Source: Octopus vulgaris
Taxonomy: Eukaryota
Assembly (NCBI GenBank): GCA_951406725.2
Contig: OX597817.1
Span: 26,908,001 to 26,972,000 of the forward strand
DNA length: 64,000 nucleotides
Direction of reading: 5' to 3'
Below, piece after piece: positions 24,593 to 36,782 of the stretch; the first letter of the stretch is position 1, and each line of letters opens with the position of its first letter. A program made the translations under genes and the position numbers. Below the pieces are notes generated by a model, which was not told where the DNA came from, did no database searches, and worked only from the letters and a program-made list of their open reading frames with translations.

Positions 24593-25469
24593 GCATAAAT
24601 TCGGTGTGTGTTGTGTTCCGTTACTTAATAAATGAAAAAATGTATGGTAAATAAACATACACCATAACGTATTCTGAGTGTAAAACAGACAGGAGACAAG
24701 CACAGAAGGTCCCTAATTCTTAATCAGTCATCAACCAATTTTTAATACTCAGTTTTGCACCTTTAATGATAAGACTGAGAGCTTTACAATTGGTGGTGCC
24801 CACAAAAAAAAATCTTTTTGTGGAGAATTCGGGGTCAGAGCAAACAAAACAAGTTAAAACAAAGCAAAATGACCCAGAGTGTGATTTAGGATGATGGACA
24901 AGGATGAACAGTCGAGGAAAAAAAGCCTTAGGGCCAACTAGACGAGAATAGTGGGTAACACTTAGAAAATATCCTAAAGGATGGAGAGACAGAGAATTTG
25001 AAACTGGTCAGCTCAGGACCAGTGTAAAGAAAGGAAGAGAAAGGGAAGCTACGTTCTAAATCAATGATAATATAAAATCCACCTAAATTTGTTTACTTAT
25101 GGATTCATAAAATATCTCAGATTTAAAGAAACTATTATGTTGTGGTGAATTTCCAGCATTTCCAGCATTTCCAGGAGTAAAGTTCACAGAAACCTTTAGA
25201 ATATTTGATTTGTTCATATTAATTGGCTTAATATTAGTGAAAGTCTTTGAAACTATATTTTAATGTGATTAACACTTAGATGCATTTATATTGCTTCTAA
25301 AGGAAATACATTAAATAGGTTCCTTACATAAAAATAGAATATTTGAAATATTTTTTTTTACCTAGCAGCAGAGCTATATTGTGTGTGGGGGGGTTTGCAT
25401 GCATATGTGTATATGTCTATGTCTATGTATCTATCTATGTGTCTGTCTATCTATCTATCTATCTACTTA

Positions 25470-25548
<79 letters not shown>

Positions 25549-25552
<4 letters not shown>

Positions 25553-25875
25553 AAAAAAAAACACCTTTCATCAATTCAAAATGAACAATTAAATTACACC
25601 ATTTAGAAAAATACATATACGAGAAATATTAAAAATTAAATAACAATAATATACCAAATATATGTTTTTATTATTATTTTGCAATTTACTTAATCATCGG
25701 TATATTATTTATTTTATTTTTAATATTTCTATTATATGTAATTTTCTAGATGGTGCAATTTAATTGTTCAATTTGAATTGATAATTTATATATATATTAT
25801 ATTTTGTGAAATTTGATTTAGCATTTCTAAATTGAATTTTTCCCTGTAAGTTAGGAATGATATTCCCTCAAATTA
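25549..25875. mobile_element. AT-rich foldback in (TA)n, arms 25570-25655 / 25699-25782
   Basis: atcaattcaaaatgaacaattaaattacaccatttagaaaa versus ttttctagatggtgcaatttaattgttcaatttgaattgat, with an extension of about 90 bp on the right. Confidence 0.65.
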
Positions 25876-26021
25876 TATATATATATAAAAAAATAGTAAA
25901 GAGTGAAAAAACGACAGAAGGCTTAAATGTTAAAAAATATATATATTTGTGTCAAAATGTCTGGAGGATATTGGAAAAATTTTTTTCCTTTCCTTAAAAT
26001 GACATAATTTTATAATTTTTA

Positions 26022-26060
26022 AAGAAATACCGGTTTCGCGTGTAGCTTTTCAAATTTCTT
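26022..26060 (-). ncRNA. Possible minimal hammerhead with U3-A8 core and a one-base irregularity
   Basis: aagaaa u UUGAAAA gc uacac gc GAA accggu A uuucuu, within a (TA)n-flanked insert at about 25886-26333. Confidence 0.4.
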
Positions 26061-26355
26061 GTGACATTATGTTTATATTGCATGGAGTTATCGTTGTGTT
26101 TATTTTCAGGAGATTTCTAAATAAGGGGAGGTAGTGAGTGATTTCTTCCGGTGTAAGGGAGATAATCGCTTAAAAATTTTTTTCCTTTCCCTTGTTAATT
26201 TCTCTGTGTCAGTATGTTCGGATGGTTGAGTCTGGGTTCGTACTTTTCAATGAAGAATGTTTACTTGTTCAGTCTCATTTGTGTTGATGATCCGAAAGCA
26301 CATTGGTAAAATGGGAAGATTAAAAATTGTGGCATATATATATATATATATATAT

Positions 26356-26426
<71 letters not shown>

Positions 26427-26528
26427 CATATATAAATTTCCTCTATTTACATAATATTGAGGTTTCTTTCTTTTTTTTGTTATCTTACCGTTTTATCAAT
26501 ATGTATATATATATATATATATATATGC

Positions 26529-26577
<49 letters not shown>

Positions 26578-26603
26578 CATATATATACATATGTATCTAT
26601 GTA

Positions 26604-26634
<31 letters not shown>

Positions 26635-26933
26635 ATATATATGTATATATGTATATCAGTAATAATATAGGGTGAAATTAATTAATTTGGAATAATCATT
26701 AGATTTCGGCATGTAAAAGTCTCATTCGAGGAAAGTTTAAGTAATACTAAGTAATTAAGGGTTTAGCAACGAATTGCCTCACCACACACCGAATTTAGAA
26801 ATAGCAGTCAAAGAGTTATAGCTATTCTTTCTACTAAAAGGGAGATCTCAGTAAAAACACAGCACTTGAAAGGCAAACACAGACAGGTAAGAGAGAATGA
26901 AATGACGGCAATCTATCATACAATTTTAAGTCA

Positions 26934-27024
26934 CCTACGGACGTACGTTTCGAAATTAAGTTTTAGGAAAGCATAAGAATTAGATAATTATGTCTTACCC
27001 AACTTCTTTTCTCATCAGCGTAGG
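26934..27024 (-). ncRNA. Type I hammerhead ribozyme (mirror copy)
   Basis: Reverse complement of 27166-27256. Confidence 0.85.
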
Positions 27025-27165
27025 ACACTACAATTATGAATAATTGTATATTAAATTTTGAGATACTAGAAGGCATCATCTCAACTCAGTATCAGAGCGA
27101 GCTAAAGCCGTTACCAGTATCACCAAATTCAAAGTGTAATATACAATTATTCATAATTGTAGTGT

Positions 27166-27256
27166 CCTACGCTGATGAGAAAAGAAGTTGGGTAAGACAT
27201 AATTATCTAATTCTTATGCTTTCCTAAAACTTAATTTCGAAACGTACGTCCGTAGG
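27166..27256 (+). ncRNA. Type I hammerhead ribozyme, canonical core, long stem II
   Basis: ccuacg CUGAUGA gaaaagaaguu...aacuuaauuuc GAA acguacgu C cguagg. Predicted cleavage is after GUC (C27250), and stem III is the palindrome ACGUACGU. Confidence 0.85.
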
Positions 27257-27679
27257 TGACTTAAAATTGTATGATAGATTGCCGTCATTTCATTCTCTCT
27301 TACCTGTCTGTGTTTGCCTTTCAAGTGCTGTGTTTTTACTGAGATCTCCTTTTAGTAGAAAGAATAGCTATAACTCTTTGACTGCTATTTCTAAATTCGG
27401 TGTGTGGTGAGGCAATTCGTTGCTAAACCCTTAATTACTTAGTATTACTTAAACTTTCCTCGAATGAGGCTTTTACATGCCGAAATCTACTTGGTGTAAT
27501 TAATGATTATTCCAAATTAATTAATTTCACCCTATATTATTACTGATAACCATATTTTATCCCAGTAAATGACCACAGCATCTTGTCTTGGCTACACGCG
27601 GGTGGAAAGGGGTTGGTGACACAAACTTTCATTCACACTTATATATGTATATATATATATATATATATGTATGTATGAA

Positions 27680-27915
27680 AGTGGCAAAATGGACAAATTG
27701 TAACAGCAGTGGACAAAAACTTAGTCGCACTTCTTTTGAATTCCCATTCTGAGTTCAATTGCTACTAGTAAAGACTTCCCTGTTCATCTTTTTTTGTTGG
27801 TGGTGGTGGTGGGGGGGTCAGTAGAATAAATACCAGTTGAGTACTGGAGTTGATGTAATTGATTTATTGTGTCCCTGGAAATTGCTCTCCCTGTACCCAA
27901 AATTTGAAACCAATA
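27680..27915 (+). mobile_element. SINE family C diverged copy
   Basis: ctgagttcaattg...aaataccagttgagtactggagttgatgtaattga...ccaaaatttgaaacc. Confidence 0.6.
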
Positions 27916-28719
27916 TAAACATGTATGTATCTACATATATATATATATATATTGCGCAGTGGGTTTGAAAAAATTTTAAATGTACAAGCAATGAGATGCA
28001 TGCTGGATTAGTCTCGTTTGTATATTTAATAATATACATTTTGATAATGACTTCGTCTAGTGAATAATAATTTTTATTTACTAAAATAGGTCAGAAACCA
28101 TGGTCCAAGAATTAGATGGTAAATGTTTTTATTTTTCATTCCCGTCGACCATTTATCCCTAATTAGTGGTTTGGACTTCAACTGTTCTTTCTAGCGTAAT
28201 GAATTCCTATGATGGAAGCCTCTTAATGTATTTTAATGTACACTGTGTTATATGTATATATGTATGTATGTATGTATGTATACATATTTGTGCTTGTGTA
28301 TGTGTTTTTGTGTGTATGTTTATATATATATGTGTGATGATGATGATTGCTTCATCTTGAGAGATGATACCCATCCCATTAACACACACACACCATCACA
28401 CTACATAATCATTCCATTGATGAGCCCTTAGATACCTTTTAAGACCAGCTGCTGAGTAACAGGGTTTAAAACACAAGTGGCAGATATTATTCAAGTTTCT
28501 TCTATATTTTAGCCCTTTGGAATCTGATTCTGAAGGAATGTTTTTGTGAACTAGCATATGTTTTTAAGACCAGATTTTGTCTTACAAGTTTTTTGACATA
28601 TGACACAAGTCGTAAGAGGTGGTTGGCGTTCAATATCATTACCTCTCTGGGCATTACGATTTTCATGTGACTTCATATGGTTCACATATCCTGCTTTTGA
28701 CTTCAGAACACATAGGTAT

Positions 28720-30241
28720 ATGTTGGCAAAGTTTTTGTAAAACTTTTACTTAATCGGCTAACAATATGGATATTCCCCTCTGTCATCCAGGAGATTCATT
28801 GTGGTTTTAGATTAAATCATGACACAATGGACATGATTTTTTTCTACTCGTCTACTCCAGCAGAAATGCATCAAACATCGCATAGATCTTTACCAGGTAT
28901 TTGTTGATTTAACAAAAACCTTTAACACTGTTAATAGGACCATTCTTGGTAAACTTGGATGTCCACCTCAATTTATCAACTTGTTTAAGCAACTTCATAG
29001 TGATATGAAAGCACATCTTAACTTCAATGGGTCACTATCGGAACCAATTTCCATTGATAACAGAGTTGAAAAAGGTGATATTGCTGTTCCAACACTTTTT
29101 CCATATATTTTGCTCTAACTAACTTGCACGCTTTCCAAGACTGTGATATCAGCGTCTATATTCACTTCAGAACCACAGGTAAGATGTTAAATGCTTTAAT
29201 GCAAAGTCAAAAACATTCCAGGCCCTTGTTTGAGAGCGCCGTTATGCTGATGATGTAGTTCTCATTACACACACTGAGGAGGACATGCAGGCTTTTTTTG
29301 ATCTCTTCTCTAGAGCTTGTATTGCTTTTGGACATAACATCAGTCCAAAGAAAACAAAGATCATGTCCTCTCAGCCATCAGGCCAACTCTATGTGGAACC
29401 TAACAGCTTTGTCCAGGGTACAAGATTAGATGTGGTTGACGTGTTCTTCTACCTTGGCAGTACTCTCTCTAGAGATGGATCCCTTGATCCTGAAATAAAC
29501 CTGAGAATTGAAAAAGCCAGTAAAGTCTTTGGAAGGCTTGAAAATCATGTGGTCTGATAGAGGTATCACCTTTAAAACCAAGCTTAGCATCTATGAATCT
29601 TGCATTTTAACAGTCCTCCTGTACTCTTCTGAGACCTGGAAGACATATCAGCACCACATCAAGGCTTTAGAAAGATACCATCAGACTTGCCTAAGGGGGA
29701 TACAAAGCATTAAATGGAAGTCTTTAACACCAGACACCATTGTTCTTCAGCAAGCTAACACATCCAGTCTTGAAATGATCCTCCTATGCAATCAGATGCG
29801 TTGGGTTGGGCACCTTTCTAGGATGCAGGATGACAGGTTGCCAAAGCAGTTATTTTACAGGGAGTTGCAGTGTCGCATACGTCTGAGACATAAACCTAAG
29901 AAACGTTTTAGGGATGTTGTCAAAAGCAACCTTAAGGCTCTTAATGTGAAAGTTGAAGACTGGTAGCAGATGGCGCAAGATCGATTATTTTGGAAACATT
30001 ATGATCTACAATAGATGTAAAGCATTTGAAGCTCAAAGAATTGAACAATCTATCTTGAAACGAGCTCTTCGTAGACAGGTTTTAACTGCAATCCAAGACA
30101 CTTTTCTGCTTAAAAGTATTTGTAAGATTTGCAGTGGAGTTTGTTTGTCAAGAGGAGGATTTGCTAGTCATATAAGATCTCATAACAGTATTTATTAATT
30201 GAAGAGATGGCCTTCTTCTGTAAAGCAGTGGCAGTCATCAT
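28720..30241 (+). mobile_element. 5'-truncated decayed RTE-clade LINE (RT plus C-terminal C2H2 finger)
   Basis: CGFR..DTMDMIF, VFVDLTKTFNTVNR, RYADDVVL, FFYLGSTLSRDGSLDPEINLRIEKAS, LLYSSETW, MRWVGHLSRMQDDRLPKQLFY and CKICSGVCLSRGGFASHIRSH, with frameshifts and stops. Confidence 0.92.
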
Positions 30242-30257
30242 ATATATATATATATAT

Positions 30258-30558
30258 GGAGGCGCAATGGCCCAGTGGTTAGGGCAGCGGACTCGCGGTC
30301 GTAGGATCGCGGTTTCGATTCCCAGACCGGGCGTTGTGAGTGTTTACTGAGCGAAAACACCTAAAAGCTCCACGAGGCTCTGGCAGGGGGTGGTGATCCC
30401 TGCTGTACTCTTTCACCACTCTTTCTCCCACTCTTTCTTCTGTAGGCCTGCTCGCTTAGCCAGCGGGGTGGCGTCATTCGAAGGCTAAAACAATGCAAAC
30501 GCATTGTGACCAGCGATATGTAACTACATCTGATGGACTGGTTGGTCACGTGATCACG

Positions 30559-30615
<57 letters not shown>

Positions 30616-30737
30616 TATATATATACATATATATATGCTCGCTTAGCCAGTGGGGTGGTGTCATTTGAAGGCTAAAACAATGCGAACGCATTGTGACCAG
30701 CGATGTGTAGTAACATCTGATAGCCTGGTCGGTCACG

Positions 30738-30742
<5 letters not shown>
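30258..30742 (+). mobile_element. SINE family D (tRNA-like head) with tail Y, and the tail partly re-duplicated at 30637-30742
   Basis: A box tggcccagtgg, B box ggtttcgattccc, and tail gctcgcttagccagcggggtggcgtcattcgaagg...ggtcacgtgatcacg. Confidence 0.85.
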
Positions 30743-30781
<39 letters not shown>

Positions 30782-31400
30782 CATACATGCATACATCTGT
30801 GTATGTATGTAACTATGTAGAGATGATACTGAAGCAAAGTAGTATGTGAAACTCAAACAAGCCCAGTATGAATTTCCAAAATAGACAAATAACGTATAAA
30901 ACTGTAAGGTGGGAAAATTGAAGAATAGTGAAAAGGAATGGTAAAAACAAATTGAAGAAATAAGGAAATCGTGATGAATATTGAACTGGTATCATTAAGT
31001 CTGAAAAACAATTGATTAATTTTAATTGCCCCGACAAATGTCACTTCGACTGACTGAAAAAAATTAATATTGTCTCATTTCTATTTATTCCTTCTTTACG
31101 AATACAGTAATGAAAATACAAATGAAGATAGAAATATGTTGTATCTAACATTAATATTGATATGAGAAAAGAAAGAAAAATTGTCAATAAAATTATTAAA
31201 ATGTATAACAGTTTGGTGTACCATTTTCATTTGTTTTGTTCAAACCATTTTTATTTTGTTACGAAACACACGTTAATATTTTACCATTTATTGCTTATAT
31301 AACAAATGAAATATTGCTTACAATTTTGAATTAGATGTGTATTTGTTTCGGCGAGAACTTAAATAACGGACAGTTTGGTGAAAATTTTGTTATTTCTATA

Positions 31401-31770
31401 TGGAAGCACTCCGTCGGTTATGACGACGAGGGTTCCGGTTGATCCGATCAACGGAACAGCCTGCTCATGAAATTAACTTGTAAGTGGCTGAGCACTCCAC
31501 AGACACGTGTACCCTTAACGTAGTTCTCGGGGATATTCAGCGTGACACAGAGAGTGACAAGGCCGGCCCTTTGAAATACAGGTACAACAGAAACAGGAAG
31601 TAAGAGTGAGAGAAAGTTGTGGTGAAAGAGTACAGCAGGGATCACCACCATCCCCTGCCGGAGCCTCGTGGAGCTTTAGGTGTTTTTCGCTCAATAAACA
31701 CTCACAACGCCCGATCTGGGAATCGAAACCGCGAGTCCGCTGCCCTAACCACTGGGCCATTGCGCCTCCA
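31401..31770 (-). mobile_element. SINE family D head with tail X
   Basis: Same head as 30258 but a different 3' half. TSD tatttctatat at 31391-31401 and 31772-31782. Confidence 0.85.
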
Positions 31771-32236
31771 CTATTTCTATATACTTTAACTAAGACAGCA
31801 AAGTAACAGAAATGATAGGACATAGTCCAAATATCTAACAGGATGTAGATTCACGCTTCTATCATTTTGAGTTCAAATCATTCCAGAGGTGAATCTTCCT
31901 GCCATTTTCTCAAGGTGTAAAACAATATTAATAATTTACCATGCAGTGGGGTTAATTTAATAAGTTGTAGGTTCTCCATATAATCTAAAAAGCTTTATCC
32001 TATTACTTAGAAAATACCGACACACAATCTCTAGACTTACATCAACCTCATCATTATTTTCACATCTCTTTTTCCAAACTCTCTGGTGACAGAATATTAG
32101 ATATAACCAGTTGAGTCAGCTTTTCTACTGTTGGATCCTCTTCTGGTCAGTACGCCTTACTTGCTTATTTGTTACCTTCAGGTTGCAAATTTGGTTACTG
32201 CAGAAAAGAAATTATGTCACTTTCTTTCACTCAGAC

Positions 32237-32544
32237 AGTCTGAACCACTTGTACACTTGTGTGTGGCTTGTACACTCCTCTCCATACACTTTCTGCAAAT
32301 TTGCGTATGCCTCTGAACAGGTATCGCCATGACAACTTCCTCTGTGATAGTCAATGCGATGATCACACACTACACACGTTCTTTCCAAGCACTGCTCTAA
32401 GTAGCGGATGAGAGCCAGAATGTTAAAACTTAGTGCACATACACAGCAGAGTTCAAGGTCAATTTGAACCCAGCGGCTTTACACTGCATGCTTTAGCTTC
32501 GTTATTATGGCAACTGTCCGGATACTTATTGATCAGACCTCGTA
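32237..32544 (-). mobile_element. mariner 5' end (TIR, UTR, transposase N-terminal fragment)
   Basis: TIR tacgaggtctgatcaataagtatccggac and GDTCSEAYANLQKVYGEECTSHTQVYKWFR. Homologous to 8566-8843. Confidence 0.8.
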
Positions 32545-33189
32545 CATACATATGCCTACCATACAACATTCTAAACTCGTGATTACTTATGTGCACGTTT
32601 GTAAATGTGTATGTGTGTATGTGTTTGTATGTGTGTGTGCGTGCATCACATCCTATAACTGTCTCTCTACTTTTTTAGGTTCTTCCCTGTTGCTGTTACA
32701 TATTGTGAGATTTGAAATCTACGGGAAAATCTTCAAATCTGGAATGTTTAAATAAATTTTCACGTTAAATCCGATTTTGTTATTTATTTCCTTCAGAAAG
32801 ATCTCAAAAAATGTTACTGAGGTTTAAATTTTAATAAATATTACTTCGTCGAAAAACAGGATTTGGAAGCTGGCATTCTCTGCATGATAGCTGTCTATCA
32901 CAAAATGAAAGCAAAATCATTAGGAGGAGGATTTTTTTATGAAACAAACGAAAGCAAAAAATTAGATGATCAAAGTTGTAAGAACTTCTGAAGTTTTAAT
33001 AAGTTTTAATGAATAAAGTCATGTGAAATGATCGAACAGACAGGTAAATAATTTAAAAAGGAAAAAAAGTCCTCAACGAGGTTTATGCAAAAATTTTGCA
33101 CAAATCTGTCCTGATCAAAGGTATGTCCTGACGGGAAAGGTATAGTCTGACATGGAATAAACAAAATTTTATATAAGACATTCTTTTAT

Positions 33190-33224
33190 AAAAGTTGCCC
33201 GGCAACGATGGGCTATTTAGCTAG
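33190..33224 (+). mobile_element. Helitron-like 3' terminus
   Basis: gcccggcaacgatgggc hairpin followed by CTAG. Confidence 0.5.
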
Positions 33225-33579
33225 CATATATATATATATATAATTTAGAGAAAAACCTCTATTAAGAAATTCAATAGGGAAAGATGTTATTCACACCATA
33301 TAGAAAAAATTAAATATACTATAAAAAACATTATTCTAGAAATCAATATATATTGTTTGTATATATATGCGTAAATATTTGGCGAAAAATGCGAGCGAAG
33401 ATGTGTACGTTTTCATTGTGACGTATAAGTACACACTTGGGTCAGCGTGCGCACATGTGAGCGTATGACTAGCCATCTTTACGTGTTTACTATGAACTTT
33501 TAATTTTATTTTATATAAGTAGCAGAATTATAACACAGAAATTTCTCTTTATATAACGGTATTTTTTCATAGCGTTTTT

Positions 33580-33676
33580 CAGATGGCCAGATAACCGAAG
33601 AGATGGTGTTGTGGACTTCCACTTTGGCATCTGAAACTCAGAGTTTTATCTTGACTATTGAGTAATTGTAACATAT

Positions 33677-33682
<6 letters not shown>
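33580..33682 (+). mobile_element. Additional arm of the 20371-20842 family with a degenerate hammerhead at 33590-33650
   Basis: gataa CCGAAGA gatg...catc t GAA actcagagt T ttatc, ending in (TA)n. Confidence 0.7.
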
Positions 33683-33735
<53 letters not shown>

Positions 33736-35522
33736 GTAGCAGCAGCTGCAACAGTAATAATAATAGTAATCCTTGGATGGAATTTATGAATATCTTAATT
33801 CATCACTACGCACGTTTCCACAAATCACATGTTCTTTAAATTCGTAGTCTGTATTCCTAGGATGATTACAGAGCAGCCCACAGTGTCCATGGACATCAGG
33901 TAGGTCATATTCATGCACTCATTTCTTTGGGTGATATAGCATTAATGGATGTTTAACTGTGGCCAGCATAATAAAACGAGAGCTTTTATATGCATATTCA
34001 AAATGTTTCCTGTAAACGAACTTAAAGGATACATTTAAACACACACACACACCTACATATATATATATATATATATATATATAGCTGTCAAAGAATGTTC
34101 CTCAGCGTCAGCCGCCTAACTCCGTATGGCTTAGCAGCCCTCACTATTTGTTTCACTGTCCTGTGTTTGTTACCATCTTTAACCCTTTGCAAAATCCCAA
34201 ATTTATTTTGGTTTGCGGGAGCAACTGTTTTCTCGAAAGCACATATTGTCGTGAATTGCTCGTAATGTAGAGTAGATAAACAGCCAACAACTGATGAAGG
34301 GTCGTTCATTATGTTACTTATCTTGTTTTCCTTTTGTTCCTCTCATTGTTAGCAAAAAAAGTTTGTCTTCGTATTTCATGTTTTTCGAATTTCGGATAAT
34401 GTTTTCATATTTCGTGTTGTTTACGTTTTGTGACGTCCGGTACCCATATATGCACACATACACACACATATATATATATATACATATATAGGTCAGTATG
34501 TATATATATGTATGTATATATGCCTTACGCTGTGGAACATTCTGAGTTACGACTATACTGTTGTAGGTACAACATGTTCTTTGTCTATCTCCTTAACTTC
34601 TTGGAGATTTTAGGTATAATTATGCTAATGTGTCCATCTGTTCTAATTTAATTAAACTCCATATCTTTGTGCAGCTGAAGGTTTCTCTACATTTTAAATT
34701 GATGTAATGATTGCATTATTCAATTAAATGGAATTGCCTGAAATGATTGTACTGCATTACCTCTGGACATCCTTGTTGCTTATTTTGATTATAATCACCT
34801 TATTTTGAAATTGTATGGATAATACCGTACTAAATTCTGGTGCCTCAACTTAAGTACCATATTCATCTGAATCTAAATTTTTGCTGAACTGATCTCTCAT
34901 ACCTAAACTATATATATATATGGAAATGGAAATTTTTGTTCTGATTTACTATTAAGTGGTCATTCAAGAAATGGCCTCCTGAAATTGAGAAGTGGCTTAT
35001 AATATCATATAGTTTATATGCTGTCAAGCTGGATGATTAACATTTCAAGGTGGTCATTCCTTATTAATTAGTTTTGAATAGCATTAATAACTGAGCTAGT
35101 GTTTTCCTCTCCCAGTGGTTCTATTTTTCAGATTTTTTACTTCATTAGATTAAAGTATGTCAATGTTCAATGAAGAAAATAATACAATAATGATCATAGT
35201 TTATTCTAACAGGGAAACTTATATTTATATTGTTTCTTGTCTCTTGGCTGTCTCATTAAGAATCATCTCGTTTTCTGAATTCCATACTAATACTAATTAC
35301 TTATAAAATAGATATCAAAATACCTTTGAGCTAATGTTTAGATTATAGTAACAAAAAAAACTCTCTTTAATTGACTTTATGTTTGTGTTTTTAATTAATT
35401 TGTTCTATATAAAGGGGATTTAACCTTTGCCTTTACTGGCCCACTGAAACAAGTGAGATTACCATGTTTAATATTCATTCAAATTTTTTATATCTATAAA
35501 TTTACGAATCAAAAGCTTTATA

Positions 35523-35818
35523 CTCTGTTGTGTCTGGGGAGAGTCATTTTCTTCTTGTGCATTATAATGTAACACACTCTTTAGGTGCCTTATAATGTAA
35601 CATACTCACTGATAAAATTTCCACTGTCAAGACTATTGAAAAAGTTGCAAAACACAATGAAATTTTAGGAAAATAAAAATAAGAAATAAGTGGAAATTTT
35701 ACCGGTGAGTGTGTTACATTATAAGGCACAAAAAGAAAATGTCTCTCCCCAGACACAACAGAATATGCTTCAATACTCAAACTCATATAAAGAATCTTGC
35801 ACACCAAATCCAAAAACG
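35523..35818. mobile_element. Foldback element with extension and 12-bp TSD
   Basis: Arms 35524-35625 / 35689-35762. TSD aaaagctttata at 35511-35522 and 35819-35830. Confidence 0.8.
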
Positions 35819-36574
35819 AAAAGCTTTATAGTTATTTTACAAACTACAGTAATATCTAAAAACAAATTTGTCAATATATTTCTATAATTAAGTGAATAGA
35901 ATATGAAATCAGTTTCAAAATTATATTATTCCTTCATAACTTGACAAAAATCTATTGCCAGTTCTCTACTTGCTTATTTTCAACATTAATAAAATGTAAA
36001 TTTCTTTCAATACACTAATGTCTAAGAAACTCAAAACAAGAAAGTTAGGATATCTAAATTCATGTTTTCTTGTAATTTTTACAGTATTCATTCATTAGTC
36101 TATGGCCTTGCTGTGGCAACCATTTCACAGCTTCAGTCAATTGTACTGAAGTTGAGACGTTATCTGGTCGCTTTTATATCAACCGAGGACAAAGGAAAGA
36201 GAAAGTTGAAAAGATTTGAACTGGGCAGGATTTGAACTCAGAATTGAATAGACATAAAAGTCTTTATCAATTCTGCCAATCGATTCTCAAAAGAATACTT
36301 TCACTTTTATTTTATTCTTTCATTATCTTATTTTTTTTTTTTTGAGTTGATAAGTTTGCATTCGCAGTTATTGTATTTTAACATATATAAGGAACCCCCT
36401 TTGGAGGCTTAAAATTTGGGAATAAGGTTTTGTAAGGGATTATAATACTATCCATGTATAAGAAACTCACATATATTTTAACCTAATTTTTGACAAAAAA
36501 GGGCTCCTTGTACATGTTAAAATGTGGTATTTCTTCCTCCAAGTCTAAAATAGTATATCACTATTAAATAAACA

Positions 36575-36782
36575 GAAACTTCTGCATGATCACCTACTCT
36601 ACTAGAAGCAGCAACCAAAGTATCCTCAAATTGCACGTTACCATCTTAAAAATAAAAGGACACATTGGATAATATAATCCTAAATAATTTCTTCCTGAAA
36701 ATAAAGATGTAAGAATCAGAGCCGGAATATTTTTGACCATAGGTCAGCTTGATCAAAGATGACATGAAGCAACACAACAATA
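36575..36782 (+). repeat. Old interspersed repeat H
   Basis: Motifs agaaatagcagcca..., ttggataatgt, gctggaatgcctttgatcatagg and (ACA)n end. Related pieces at about 18000-18240 (-), 39250-39445, 43685-43845, 44057-44188 and 57340-57880 (-). Confidence 0.6.

Larger units (their letters stand above)
26654..27638. mobile_element. Large foldback element: about 400-bp near-identical inverted arms, 83-bp spacer, about 90-bp extension
   Basis: Arms 26654-27053 / 27137-27548, with a 12-bp indel near 27490. Flanked by (TA)n on both sides. Confidence 0.9.

Noticed and set aside
26281-26306. TTGATGA-tcc-GAAA string
   Set aside because: There is no compatible stem I, stem III or cleavage triplet.
30258-30335. 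tRNA gene-like sequence with A and B boxes
   Set aside because: It continues into a multi-copy SINE body, and there is no clean cloverleaf or terminator.
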